From an uncultured bacterium (GTDB lineage Bacteria > Armatimonadota > Abditibacteriia > Abditibacteriales > Abditibacteriaceae): 64,000 bases of DNA. Positions 51,061-60,207 of this stretch are shown piece by piece (position 1 is the stretch's first letter; each line of letters begins with the position of its first letter). Below the pieces are notes generated by a model. That model saw nothing but the letters and a program-made list of their open reading frames with translations. It did no database searches and was not told where the DNA came from. The stretch is from positions 434,001-498,000 of the forward strand of contig CAWJLW010000006.1 in assembly GCA_963843795.1 (NCBI GenBank), written 5' to 3'. Made by a program: the position numbers and the translations under genes.

Positions 51061-52158
51061 ATGTCCAATGCGTTAAATTTCAAAAAGCGTGGCTCGTCGT
51101 GGACGGCGTGGCGCTGTGCGGGTTTTGCCACTCTCGCCTTGAGCGGTTGTGTAATTGCTAACGTCGCCGGTTGCGGCGGTGGTGGCACTTCCAATAATCA
51201 GGCTCAGGGCCAGACTGTAACCATCGGCCTAGTAGATAGCAGTGCCAACGGCATCAACGGAACGGTCACGCTCAATGGCGTCACCAAAACCACCAGCAAT
51301 GCGCGCGCTACCTTCAATGGTTTGGCCCCTGGTGCCTATGATCTAACTTTCACCGTTGCGGGACAAACCACGACCACGCGCATCGTGATTAACTCGGAAG
51401 CCAATCAAACTTTCGTCGCCTCACCCGGCTTCACTAACGTTTCCAGCAACGGCATTCGTGTGACAGGTCGTGTATTGCTTAATAGCCCGGCTACCAGTTC
51501 GGTCGCCGCTTGCACCAACAGCAGCACACCCGTTACGGCGGCATTGGTCATTCGGGTTCGCGCTCTGAACCTGCCCGGACAGCCCATCGTTGCCAGCGTT
51601 TTGCGTTCGGCTCAGGCCGCCGGTGCCAACGGTTCGTATGCAATTCTGTCGTTCCCGGCTCCCGGCACTTACCGTGTGGAAGCCCGCTCGCCCAACACCA
51701 ATTCCAACGCCGCGCAGTTCACGGGCAGCAGCGCTTCTTTCACCGTAATCAACAACCAGAGTGTGCCGAACTTGGATATTTGTGTTAACACCGGTTTGGT
51801 CGGCCCCGGAGGCACGCCGCCGCCGCCTCCCGGCACGCCGACGCCCGGCCCCGGCACTCCCGGTGCTGGAACGCCTTCCAGTACCAACACACCTCAGGCA
51901 ACCGTGACCAACACGCCGATTGGAAGCAATAATCCGGGAAGCACGCCCAATCCTAACGCGACCAATACGCCGGTGCCAACCAATACACCCGTACCCACTA
52001 ACACACCTGTGGCCACAGCGACACCAACTACCAACCCGCTTGCTACGCCAACACCCATTGGTGCTAATCCCACACCGACGCCAATCGGAGGTAGCGCGAC
52101 TCCGACCCCCACGACGGGTGTTCCCGGTGTTCCTGGTGCCTTGAAGCGCCGCCGCTAA
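51061..52158 (+). CDS. Lipoprotein with beta-sandwich domains and a Pro/Thr-rich C-terminal tail
   Basis: Lipobox VAGC followed by GGGG, PG.Y repeats, TNTP/TPTP repeats, AGGAG RBS. Confidence 0.75.
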   Translation: MSNALNFKKRGSSWTAWRCAGFATLALSGCVIANVAGCGGGGTSNNQAQGQTVTIGLVDSSANGINGTVTLNGVTKTTSNARATFNGLAPGAYDLTFTVAGQTTTTRIVINSEANQTFVASPGFTNVSSNGIRVTGRVLLNSPATSSVAACTNSSTPVTAALVIRVRALNLPGQPIVASVLRSAQAAGANGSYAILSFPAPGTYRVEARSPNTNSNAAQFTGSSASFTVINNQSVPNLDICVNTGLVGPGGTPPPPPGTPTPGPGTPGAGTPSSTNTPQATVTNTPIGSNNPGSTPNPNATNTPVPTNTPVPTNTPVATATPTTNPLATPTPIGANPTPTPIGGSATPTPTTGVPGVPGALKRRR

Positions 52159-52180
52159 AATTGCTCCAACCGCAACCAAC

Positions 52181-52221
52181 CGAAAACGTCCGTATCGCAA
52201 AAAGCGATACGGACGTTTTCG
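52181..52221 (+). terminator. Rho-independent terminator hairpin
   Basis: CGAAAACGTCCGTATCGC-AAAAA-GCGATACGGACGTTTTCG. Confidence 0.7.
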
Positions 52222-52333
52222 ATTTGCTCCCCATGTTTTTGAAAAATTTGCCTTGACAGCTTACGGCAAGTACTTGCTACAACCGTTTCCTGCAAATGCT
52301 TCGCGCTTTAATGCATCAAGCGCTCAATTTCCT

Positions 52334-53071
52334 ATGACGAATCCTCGCCGTTCATTCATTCACTTCATTCGCCGTCAGGGTTGGTTTGCTCGGCATGGCG
52401 CGTTGGGTGGCGGACGGATTTTATGGGTGCTGGTGGCGGCAGCGGCTTTGGGTGCGACTCCATCGTTTTTACGCTGGCTGCGCACCGACGGCGAACCCGA
52501 TATTCTAACTAATCCCGCTTTGAATGTCGGGCCGTCGGTCAGCGCGCAGGGCATGGAACTTATGGCGCGCGACGATAAAGGCCAGCGAATCTGGCAAATC
52601 AAAGCGCGCCAGATTGATATTTCCGCCGATAAGCGTTACGCGACAGCGACCGGTGTGGAACGCGGCATTTATTTCCGCGATGACAAACCGTATCTGTATA
52701 TTAAAGCCGCAAAAGTTCGTTTCGACCAGCAAACCCGCGATTGGCATTCGCCCGCCGAATTCACGGTGCGCGGCCCGGACGGTTTGGTTCTCAAGTCGCG
52801 CGATGCGCGTTGGAACAATGCGCTCAAAACACTCGATTGTCCGCAACTTGTCGTCGCCACGATGAAAGGCACCACGATAGAAACTTCGCAAGTCGTGTAT
52901 TACGCCAACCTTAGCGAACTGCGCGCGCGTCAGCCAGTCGATTTGAAATCGGACGCTATTAATGTCAAAGGTGCGCCTGCCATCGCCGATTTGAAGCGAC
53001 GAACCGTGCGGTTTCAAGGCGGTGTCGATATGATGATTCAGCCCAAAGCCGTCGAACGAATAATGCGCTGA
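52334..53071 (+). CDS. LptC/OstA-like beta-jellyroll protein
   Basis: Single N-terminal TM, then G.R.WQI.A and repeated beta strands typical of the LptC fold. Confidence 0.6.
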   Translation: MTNPRRSFIHFIRRQGWFARHGALGGGRILWVLVAAAALGATPSFLRWLRTDGEPDILTNPALNVGPSVSAQGMELMARDDKGQRIWQIKARQIDISADKRYATATGVERGIYFRDDKPYLYIKAAKVRFDQQTRDWHSPAEFTVRGPDGLVLKSRDARWNNALKTLDCPQLVVATMKGTTIETSQVVYYANLSELRARQPVDLKSDAINVKGAPAIADLKRRTVRFQGGVDMMIQPKAVERIMR

Positions 53072-53080
53072 AACAGATGA

Positions 53081-53115
53081 GAAAAGCGCGCGGCAAGTAC
53101 TTGCAGCGCGCTTTC
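53081..53115. terminator. Palindrome-centred hairpin between convergent genes
   Basis: GAAAAGCGCGCGGCAAGTACTTGCAGCGCGCTTTC. Confidence 0.6.
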
Positions 53116-53130
53116 GCGGTCATTAGCTTC

Positions 53131-54345
53131 TTAATCGTCCGATTGGCTTAATCGTTTGATTTCTTCTTTGGCCAACGCTTCGTGCGAATCGCGTAGCACC
53201 TTTTCAATTTTTCCGATGACCGGACTTTTGTGCAAAAATGGCTTCATCTGAGGCCAGTATTCGTCCAGCTTTTGAGCCGTTTCGCCGGGAAAAAAGTGAT
53301 CGTTGCGACCCATCAAATTGTAGCGACCTTTGGCCCATTCCTTCAAATCGAACGCGGTATTGTAAGTGTGCAAACGCAGAATTTCCAGAACGTGAATCTG
53401 GCCCGGCAAATCTTTCCATTCCGGCACGCCGCGAAACCAACCGTCGCACCATTCGCGCCCCAGCACGCGCTCCATTTCAGCGCGTAAACGCGCTTCAATC
53501 GGTGCAATTGTGCTAGAAATTTCATCGTAAAAGCGCAAACTTTTCACATGCTCGTCGAAATCTGTGGGACGCGCTGCGCCGATGCTCAAGGTGTGAACTT
53601 CGGGACGATTCAGGCAATACAAATCGTTAAATTCAATCGGTGAAAGCGGCGCGCACAATTCTTTGAGCTTGTCCGATGGGTCGTATAAACGTCCGCCTTT
53701 ATCGGTCGGGGAAATGATGAAAACGCCCATGTCATGCTTTTTCGATAGCTCGATGGCGCGCCAATTCAAATCGTTCACAAAATACCAGTGAACGTTGAAA
53801 TAATCGAATTCGCCGGTATCAATTGCAGTTTCAATCGCCTGATAAGTTCCGTGCGTTGAAAAGCCGACAAAGCGCACGCGACCATCTTTTTGCAGTTGGC
53901 GCACGACATCCAAGCAACCGCCTTTGCGGATGGTTCGGTCAAGTGCTTCCTGATTGTTGATGCCGTGAAACGACAGCAAATCGACGTGATCGAGTTGCAA
54001 GTAATTCATTGACTTTTCAAAGTTTTCCAGAAACGCTTTCGGGTCTTCATTTGGCCCGACTTTGGTTTGCACGATGAGCTTATCGCGCTCGATTTTAGGC
54101 AAAACCCAACCCAGTTGCATTTCGGAAGAACCATAGCCGCGCGCGGTTTCGATGTGATTGATGCCGAGTTCGAGTGCGCGATGAATTGTGGCTTCAAGGT
54201 TTTTCTGTTCATCTGCGGGCACTTCGTCGGGATCGACATCTCCCCATTTGTGCTGATAACGCATACCGCCGCAGGAAAAAACCGGCATCTGAAGTTCGGT
54301 GCGTCCAAAACGACGATAACGCATTGCGGGTAGAGAAGAAGTCAT
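53131..54345 (-). CDS. Aldo/keto reductase family protein
   Basis: YRRFGRT, GINHIETARGYG.SE, QTKV, GFSTHG. Confidence 0.9.
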   Translation of the reverse strand: MTSSLPAMRYRRFGRTELQMPVFSCGGMRYQHKWGDVDPDEVPADEQKNLEATIHRALELGINHIETARGYGSSEMQLGWVLPKIERDKLIVQTKVGPNEDPKAFLENFEKSMNYLQLDHVDLLSFHGINNQEALDRTIRKGGCLDVVRQLQKDGRVRFVGFSTHGTYQAIETAIDTGEFDYFNVHWYFVNDLNWRAIELSKKHDMGVFIISPTDKGGRLYDPSDKLKELCAPLSPIEFNDLYCLNRPEVHTLSIGAARPTDFDEHVKSLRFYDEISSTIAPIEARLRAEMERVLGREWCDGWFRGVPEWKDLPGQIHVLEILRLHTYNTAFDLKEWAKGRYNLMGRNDHFFPGETAQKLDEYWPQMKPFLHKSPVIGKIEKVLRDSHEALAKEEIKRLSQSDD

Positions 54346-54473
54346 AAAATTTCACACCAAAATGCCCTGCAAATGAAAACGCAAGTACTTGCAGGGCCCA
54401 TCCACTTTGAATTTCAATAAGACACAAGTTTAGCGTGCGCGCCACAACCGCGTGCACGTTAAAATATCTGGTG

Positions 54474-55712
54474 ATGAATAAGCAATCTCAATCTTCCACT
54501 CATAATTCCCTTTCTATCGCCGAACGTCCCGAAGTGGCCGCTTTAATCGAGCAGGGCGCGCACAGCGGTCGCGTTTCCTATGCGGCTATCAACGCTGTTT
54601 TGGGCGATGATGCACTGGATGATGCACTAGTCGAAACCCTGCTCGAAGCCATCGAAGCGCGCGGCATTAAAATCGTCGATAGCGACGAATTCGACGCTTC
54701 CACTACGCCAGAAGAAAAAAACAGCAAAAAAAGCAACGATGATTTGGACGATGTTTTGGATTCGCTGCAAAAACTCACTTCGATTCCGGGTCGCGAAGAT
54801 TCGCGTGCCACAACATTATCCGACGAAGCCAACGATGACACGCTTGGCCCGGCTGTCGAAGAAGCCTTGCCGCAATATCTGCATCGCATGGCGCAAGTGC
54901 CACTTTTAACGCCCGAAGAAGAAGAACGATTGGCGCGCGCGATGCGCGCTGGTGGGCCGGATGCCGACAGTGCGCGTCAGAAATTAGTCGAATCCAATCT
55001 GCGTCTGGTGGTTTATATGGCGCGCAAATACGAGGCGAACACGACATTGCCGATTTTGGACTTGGTGCAGGAAGGCAACATTGGCTTGATGCGCGCGGTT
55101 GACCGTTTCGATCCCGACCGCGGTCATCGCCTCAGCACTTATGCGACGTGGTGGATTCGCCAGAGCATCAATCGCGCGATTCGCGATCAGGCGCGCTCGA
55201 TTAAGTTGCCCGCACAATTATCCAGCGCGATTCAAACTTTGCAGCGCTTACAGCGCGAACTCTCGCAGCAGATGGGGCGCACGCCTTCGCGTCAGGAATT
55301 GGCCAACGCCAGTGATATGAGTCTGGCGCAGGTCGAAGTCGCGCTGGGCGCGGCGCTGGGAACACTGTCGCTGGACGCACCTTCGGGCGACGACGAAACT
55401 TTCGAGTTGGGCGATTCTGTCGGCGATGGCGACGAAGACGCGCCGCTCACCGCCGCTTCTCTGGGCGAACTGCGCGTCCACATCGCGGGCGCGCTGGAAA
55501 ATTTGTCTGAACGCGAACGCAATGTGCTGGAAATGCGCTTTGGCATGGGCGAATTTGAAAACATGGGTTCGCAAACGCTTGAAGATGTCGCGCGCGAACT
55601 GCACTTATCTCGTGAACGCGTGCGCCAGTTGGAACTGCGCGCGCTGCGCAAATTGCGCCGCCGCGCCGTGCATCTGGACGGCGACGAAGACGATTACGAC
55701 TTCGAAGATTAA
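54474..55712 (+). CDS. RpoD/SigA-family sigma-70 factor (divergent, likely non-primary)
   Basis: Region 1.1-like N-terminus, NLRLVV..A.KY, DLVQEGNIGL.RAV.RFD, STYATWWIRQ, region 4 SRERVRQLE. Confidence 0.88.
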   Translation: MNKQSQSSTHNSLSIAERPEVAALIEQGAHSGRVSYAAINAVLGDDALDDALVETLLEAIEARGIKIVDSDEFDASTTPEEKNSKKSNDDLDDVLDSLQKLTSIPGREDSRATTLSDEANDDTLGPAVEEALPQYLHRMAQVPLLTPEEEERLARAMRAGGPDADSARQKLVESNLRLVVYMARKYEANTTLPILDLVQEGNIGLMRAVDRFDPDRGHRLSTYATWWIRQSINRAIRDQARSIKLPAQLSSAIQTLQRLQRELSQQMGRTPSRQELANASDMSLAQVEVALGAALGTLSLDAPSGDDETFELGDSVGDGDEDAPLTAASLGELRVHIAGALENLSERERNVLEMRFGMGEFENMGSQTLEDVARELHLSRERVRQLELRALRKLRRRAVHLDGDEDDYDFED

Positions 55713-55753
55713 ACGCTGCGAAACACCAGTTGCAAGTACTTGCAAAACACTTT

Positions 55754-56197
55754 ATGGCTGCTAAAAAAGACGATCCACATTTTAAACTGCAACGCAAAGC
55801 GCAATCGCGTGGCATCGGTCGCGAACCGCAGAGCGACGACGGCTACAAGCGTCACGTTTTGTTTTGTGCCGGCTCGAGTTGCTGTTCTTACGATGTCGGC
55901 AAGCCGATTCTCAAGTACTTGAACAAGCGTTTGAAAGATTTGGAAAAAAGCGGCGTTGCGGTTTATCGCACGCCAGTCGATTGTTTATCGGTTTGTCGCG
56001 GAGGCCCATTAATGGTGATTTATCCCGAAGGCACCTGGTATGGCGAACTCACTGAAGAAAAATGTGAGCGCATTATCGAAAATCACTTATTGGGTGGAAA
56101 GCCGGTTGAAGAACTCGCGTTTGCCAGCAATCCGCTGGTTGAAAACGGTACGGTCTTAAAACCGATTAGCGTCGAGAAGAAGCCAAAAAAGAAATAA
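55754..56197 (+). CDS. Thioredoxin-like [2Fe-2S] ferredoxin
   Basis: HVLFC...CC, CLSVC..GP..VIYPEGTWY, HL.GGKPV. Confidence 0.88.
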   Translation: MAAKKDDPHFKLQRKAQSRGIGREPQSDDGYKRHVLFCAGSSCCSYDVGKPILKYLNKRLKDLEKSGVAVYRTPVDCLSVCRGGPLMVIYPEGTWYGELTEEKCERIIENHLLGGKPVEELAFASNPLVENGTVLKPISVEKKPKKK

Positions 56198-56208
56198 CCC
56201 ACAAACAC

Positions 56209-56242
56209 AAAAGCGCCCTACAAGTACTTGCAGGGCGCTTTT
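56209..56242. terminator. Hairpin with a palindrome variant between convergent ferredoxin and cysN
   Basis: AAAAGCGCCCTACAAGTACTTGCAGGGCGCTTTT. Confidence 0.65.
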
Positions 56243-56258
56243 GGCTTTACGATTTAAT

Positions 56259-57536
56259 TTATAAAATCATGCCCGCGCCAACTGTCACATTGGTCGCTTC
56301 ATCGATCAAAATCAGGCTGCCGGTGTCGCGGTTTTGGCGATATGAATCGACGCAGAGCGGCGCGGTAGTTTTTAGTTGCAGACGCGCGATGTCGTTGAGA
56401 CCAATTTCACTCGGTTGGTCGATGCGCTCCATTGTGGTCATGTCGATTTTGTAATCGACACTTTTCACCACGCAGCGCGCATCGCGCGTGGTGTGTTTCA
56501 GCGCGTATTTGCCATTAATTTGCAGCGGAACTTCATCCAGCCAGCAGACCATAATTTCAATTTCGCGCGTGACTTTGGGCGCGCAATCACCGGATACAAT
56601 CATGTCGCCGCGCGAAATGTCGATATCATCGCTCAAGCGCAGCGTGGTGCTAAGTGGCGCAAAAGCGCTTTCCAGCGGGCCATCGGCGCTTTCAATCGAA
56701 GCGATAGTGGAAGTTTGACCGCCGGGAAGTACTTGCACAGCGTCGCCTTTGCGAAAAACGCCGCCCGCGATGCGCCCGGCGTAGCCACGATAATCGTGAA
56801 ATTCGTCGCTCATCGGACGAATCACATATTGCACCGGCAAGCGCGGCTGTGTGCGATTGAAATCGTTATCAATCGGCAAAGTTTCCAACAAGCCCAATAG
56901 CGTCGCGCCGCCATACCATGGCATATTCTGCGAACGATCGACGACGTTGTCGCCTTTCAGGGCAGAAATCGGCAGAAAATGCAAATCGCAATCGCCGTCG
57001 ATTTTCTTCAGTGCATCGCGGAAATCGCTTTGAATCTGCTCGAAACGCTCCTGCTCCCAATCGACCAAATCCATTTTATTGATGCAGACCAGCAAATGCG
57101 GAATGCCCAAAAGCGAAGCGATAAACGCATGGCGCCGCGTTTGTTCGACCACGCCGTTGCGCGCATCAATCAGGATAATCGCGGCGTTGGCGGTGCTGGC
57201 GCCGGTCACCATGTTGCGCGTGTATTGGATATGTCCGGGCGTGTCGGCGATGATGAATTTGCGGCGCGGCGTGGCGAAATAACGATACGCCACGTCAATC
57301 GTGATGCCTTGCTCGCGCTCGGCGCGCAAGCCATCGGTCAGCAACGCAAGATTAACTTGCTCATCGCCGCGCCGTTCGCTGGTCGCGACGATTTGTTCCA
57401 TCTGGTCTTCAAAAATCGACTTGCTGTCATACAGCAAACGCCCGATCAATGTACTTTTGCCATCATCAACGCTGCCCGCTGTGGTAAAGCGTAGCAGTTC
57501 CATATCGAGATAGCCCTGGGTAGAAAATTCACTCAT
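56259..57536 (-). CDS. cysN: Sulfate adenylyltransferase subunit 1
   Basis: GSVDDGKSTLIGRLL, EREQGITIDVAYRYF, DTPGH.QYTRNM, NKMD. Confidence 0.95.
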   Translation of the reverse strand: MSEFSTQGYLDMELLRFTTAGSVDDGKSTLIGRLLYDSKSIFEDQMEQIVATSERRGDEQVNLALLTDGLRAEREQGITIDVAYRYFATPRRKFIIADTPGHIQYTRNMVTGASTANAAIILIDARNGVVEQTRRHAFIASLLGIPHLLVCINKMDLVDWEQERFEQIQSDFRDALKKIDGDCDLHFLPISALKGDNVVDRSQNMPWYGGATLLGLLETLPIDNDFNRTQPRLPVQYVIRPMSDEFHDYRGYAGRIAGGVFRKGDAVQVLPGGQTSTIASIESADGPLESAFAPLSTTLRLSDDIDISRGDMIVSGDCAPKVTREIEIMVCWLDEVPLQINGKYALKHTTRDARCVVKSVDYKIDMTTMERIDQPSEIGLNDIARLQLKTTAPLCVDSYRQNRDTGSLILIDEATNVTVGAGMIL

Positions 57537-57545
57537 AACTTTGGA

Positions 57546-57580
57546 GAGATGAGAGGGAAGAGATGAGACGTGAGATGGAA
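57546..57580. repeat. Degenerate heptamer tandem repeat between cysD and cysN
   Basis: GAGATGA GAGGGAA GAGATGA GACGTGA GATGGAA. Confidence 0.65.
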
Positions 57581-57665
57581 AACCGTGCTGCAAGTACTTG
57601 CACTCAGAAAACTGAACTTCAGTGCAAACTTTCTTCTTTCTCCCCTCTTAAATCTTCCCTCTCGA

Positions 57666-58562
57666 TTAAAAATAGCCAGCTTTTTTGCGGTCTTCCATGG
57701 CGGCTTCACTGCGTTTGTCGTCGGCGCGACCGCCGCGCTCGGTTGTGCGCGCACTCGCCACTTCTTGAATAATATCTTCGACCGAACTTGCGGGCGATTC
57801 GACCGCACCCGTGCAAGTTGCATCGCCGACGGTACGAAAACGCACCTGCATATCGACCAGATGTTCATCGGCGCGCGGCACTAAAAATTCGGTCTGAGCG
57901 AGCCACATTCCATCGCGCTGAAAAACCGGACGTTGGTGCGTGAAATACAAGGTTGGCAATTCGATGTTTTCCTGCAAAATGTATTGCCACACGTCCATTT
58001 CCGTCCAGTTGGAAATCGGAAAAACGCGAAAATGTTCGCCGATATTTTTGCGGCCATTGAACAAATTCCACAATTCGGGCCGTTGATTTTTCGGATCCCA
58101 CTGCGAAAAATCGTCTCGATGCGAAAAGAAACGTTCCTTAGCGCGCGCTTTTTCTTCGTCGCGCCGCGCACCGCCGATGGCGCAGTCGAATCCCAATTCT
58201 TCGATGGCATCGACTAAAGTCACGGTTTGCAGCGCATTACGGCTGGCGCGCGGTCCGGTTTCTTCGCGCACGCGCCCCGCATCAATTGAATCTTGCACAC
58301 TTCTGACAATCAATTTTGCGCCCAACTCTTTTACCCATTGGTCGCGATATTCAATGGTTTCGGTGAAGTTGTGACCCGTATCGATATGCATCAAGGGAAA
58401 GGGAATTTTCGCGGGCCAGAAGGCTTTGCGCGCCAAATGGGACACCACAATTGAATCTTTGCCGCCCGAAAACAAGAGGACGGGACGCTCGAATTGTGCG
58501 GCAACTTCGCGCAGGACGAAAATGCTTTCGCTTTCCAGTTCTTTTAAATGACTTAGTTTCAT
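57666..58562 (-). CDS. cysD: Sulfate adenylyltransferase subunit 2
   Basis: LFSGGKDS, GGARRDEEKARAKER, WDPKNQRPELW, C-terminal ME.RK..GYF. Confidence 0.96.
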   Translation of the reverse strand: MKLSHLKELESESIFVLREVAAQFERPVLLFSGGKDSIVVSHLARKAFWPAKIPFPLMHIDTGHNFTETIEYRDQWVKELGAKLIVRSVQDSIDAGRVREETGPRASRNALQTVTLVDAIEELGFDCAIGGARRDEEKARAKERFFSHRDDFSQWDPKNQRPELWNLFNGRKNIGEHFRVFPISNWTEMDVWQYILQENIELPTLYFTHQRPVFQRDGMWLAQTEFLVPRADEHLVDMQVRFRTVGDATCTGAVESPASSVEDIIQEVASARTTERGGRADDKRSEAAMEDRKKAGYF

Positions 58563-58688
58563 AAGCTCGTTTACCAGCTTTTATTCAACGCGCGAATCGT
58601 CTGCGCGTTCATTTGTCTACCTCGCAGGTAGATTTTTAGCCGAACGCTTATTTTACTTCAATTCGCCGCCTCGCGTAAACTGCAATTT

Positions 58689-59663
58689 ATGTTGCGCGAC
58701 CACTTCAATCGGACTTTCGGCACTTTGCGCATCAGCGTCACCGACCGCTGCAATTTTCGCTGCGCCTATTGCATGCCCGCGCACGGCGTCGAACTGGCTT
58801 CCCGCAGCGAAATCCTCACGTTCGAAGAAATCGCCCGAATCGTTCGCGTCGGCGCGCAATTAGGTTTGCGCGATATTCGCTTGACTGGCGGCGAGCCAAC
58901 GGTCAGGCGCGATTTGCCGCGACTTATTGCACTGTTGCGCGAAATTCCCCAAATCCGCGACATCGCTATGACAACTAATGCCGCGCTTTTGTCCGATTTG
59001 GCCGCGCCTTTGAAAAATGCGGGATTGAATCGCCTAAACATTTCGCTCGACACTTTGCAGCGCGAACGCGCGCACAAGTTAGCGCGGCGCGATTTGCTGC
59101 CGCAAGTACTTGCAGGCATCAATGCCGCGCAAATTTTCGCTCCCCTGAAATTCAACGCCGTCGTTTTGCGCAGTATCAACGAAAATGAATTGTGCGATTT
59201 GGTCGAATTTGCCCACGCGCACGGCGGCACGATGCGTTTTATCGAATGGATGCCGATGGGACAAACCGCGTTCGAAGCGCAAAATCAACTGGTCACAATT
59301 CAAGAAATGCGAGAAATTCTCTCCTCACGTTTCGATTTACAGCCGCTGCACAATGCGCCCTCAGAGCCGGCGCGTTTGTGGCAATGCGCGCGCAGTGGCG
59401 CACAAGTTGGCTTTATCGGTTCGATGAGCGAACATTTTTGCGACAGTTGCAACCGAATGCGCCTGACAGCGCAAGGCGGTCTGCGTCCGTGTCTGCACCA
59501 AAATGCCGAAATTGATGCGCGGGGAATTTTGCGCAATGGCGGCGATGATAAAGACATCGCTCAATGCTTCGCGCGCGCGGCAGCGTTGAAATGGGCGGGG
59601 CATCACATGAATAATGTAATTCCGTTGTATTCGAGCAAAGATATGGTTTCAATCGGTGGTTGA
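58689..59663 (+). CDS. moaA: GTP 3',8-cyclase MoaA
   Basis: LRISVTDRCNFRC.YC, LTGGEP, FC..CNR.RLT..G....CL, C-terminal IGG. Confidence 0.95.
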   Translation: MLRDHFNRTFGTLRISVTDRCNFRCAYCMPAHGVELASRSEILTFEEIARIVRVGAQLGLRDIRLTGGEPTVRRDLPRLIALLREIPQIRDIAMTTNAALLSDLAAPLKNAGLNRLNISLDTLQRERAHKLARRDLLPQVLAGINAAQIFAPLKFNAVVLRSINENELCDLVEFAHAHGGTMRFIEWMPMGQTAFEAQNQLVTIQEMREILSSRFDLQPLHNAPSEPARLWQCARSGAQVGFIGSMSEHFCDSCNRMRLTAQGGLRPCLHQNAEIDARGILRNGGDDKDIAQCFARAAALKWAGHHMNNVIPLYSSKDMVSIGG

Positions 59664-59678
59664 AAGGCGCTGCAAATA

Positions 59679-60185
59679 ATGGCAACACAAGCTATGAACG
59701 AAAATCCCAACGCGACGCAAATGATTGATGTGGGAGGTAAACAAATCACGCAGCGCGAAGCCATCGCACAGGGCACGATTCAAATGACCGCACAAACCGC
59801 GCGTTTGGTGCAGAGCGCGACTTTGCCCAAAGGCAATGCCATCGAAACTGCGCGCGTGGCGGCAATTATGGCCGCCAAACGCACACCGGATATTATCCCG
59901 CTTTGTCATCCGCTTTTAATCGCGAGCGTGAAATGCGAATTCGAATTTGACGAGAATTTGGAAGCGCAAAACGACGCGGCAAGTACTTGCATCACGGCGC
60001 GCGTGCGTGTGAAATGCAGCGGACAAACTGGAGTGGAAATGGAAGCACTCACCGCAGTCAGCGCCGCGTTGTTAACGATTTACGACATGACCAAAGGCGT
60101 CGATGAAACGCTGGAAATTCTCAACGTGCGTTTGTTAGAAAAGCGCGGCGGTCGGAGCGGCGTGTGGACGCGTTCCGACGATTGA
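59679..60185 (+). CDS. moaC: Cyclic pyranopterin monophosphate synthase MoaC
   Basis: MIDV..K, AAKRT..IIPLCHP, TGVEMEALT, IYDM.K, K.GG.SG. Confidence 0.95.
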   Translation: MATQAMNENPNATQMIDVGGKQITQREAIAQGTIQMTAQTARLVQSATLPKGNAIETARVAAIMAAKRTPDIIPLCHPLLIASVKCEFEFDENLEAQNDAASTCITARVRVKCSGQTGVEMEALTAVSAALLTIYDMTKGVDETLEILNVRLLEKRGGRSGVWTRSDD

Positions 60186-60207
60186 AAGCCGCAACTTTTC
60201 GAGTTCA

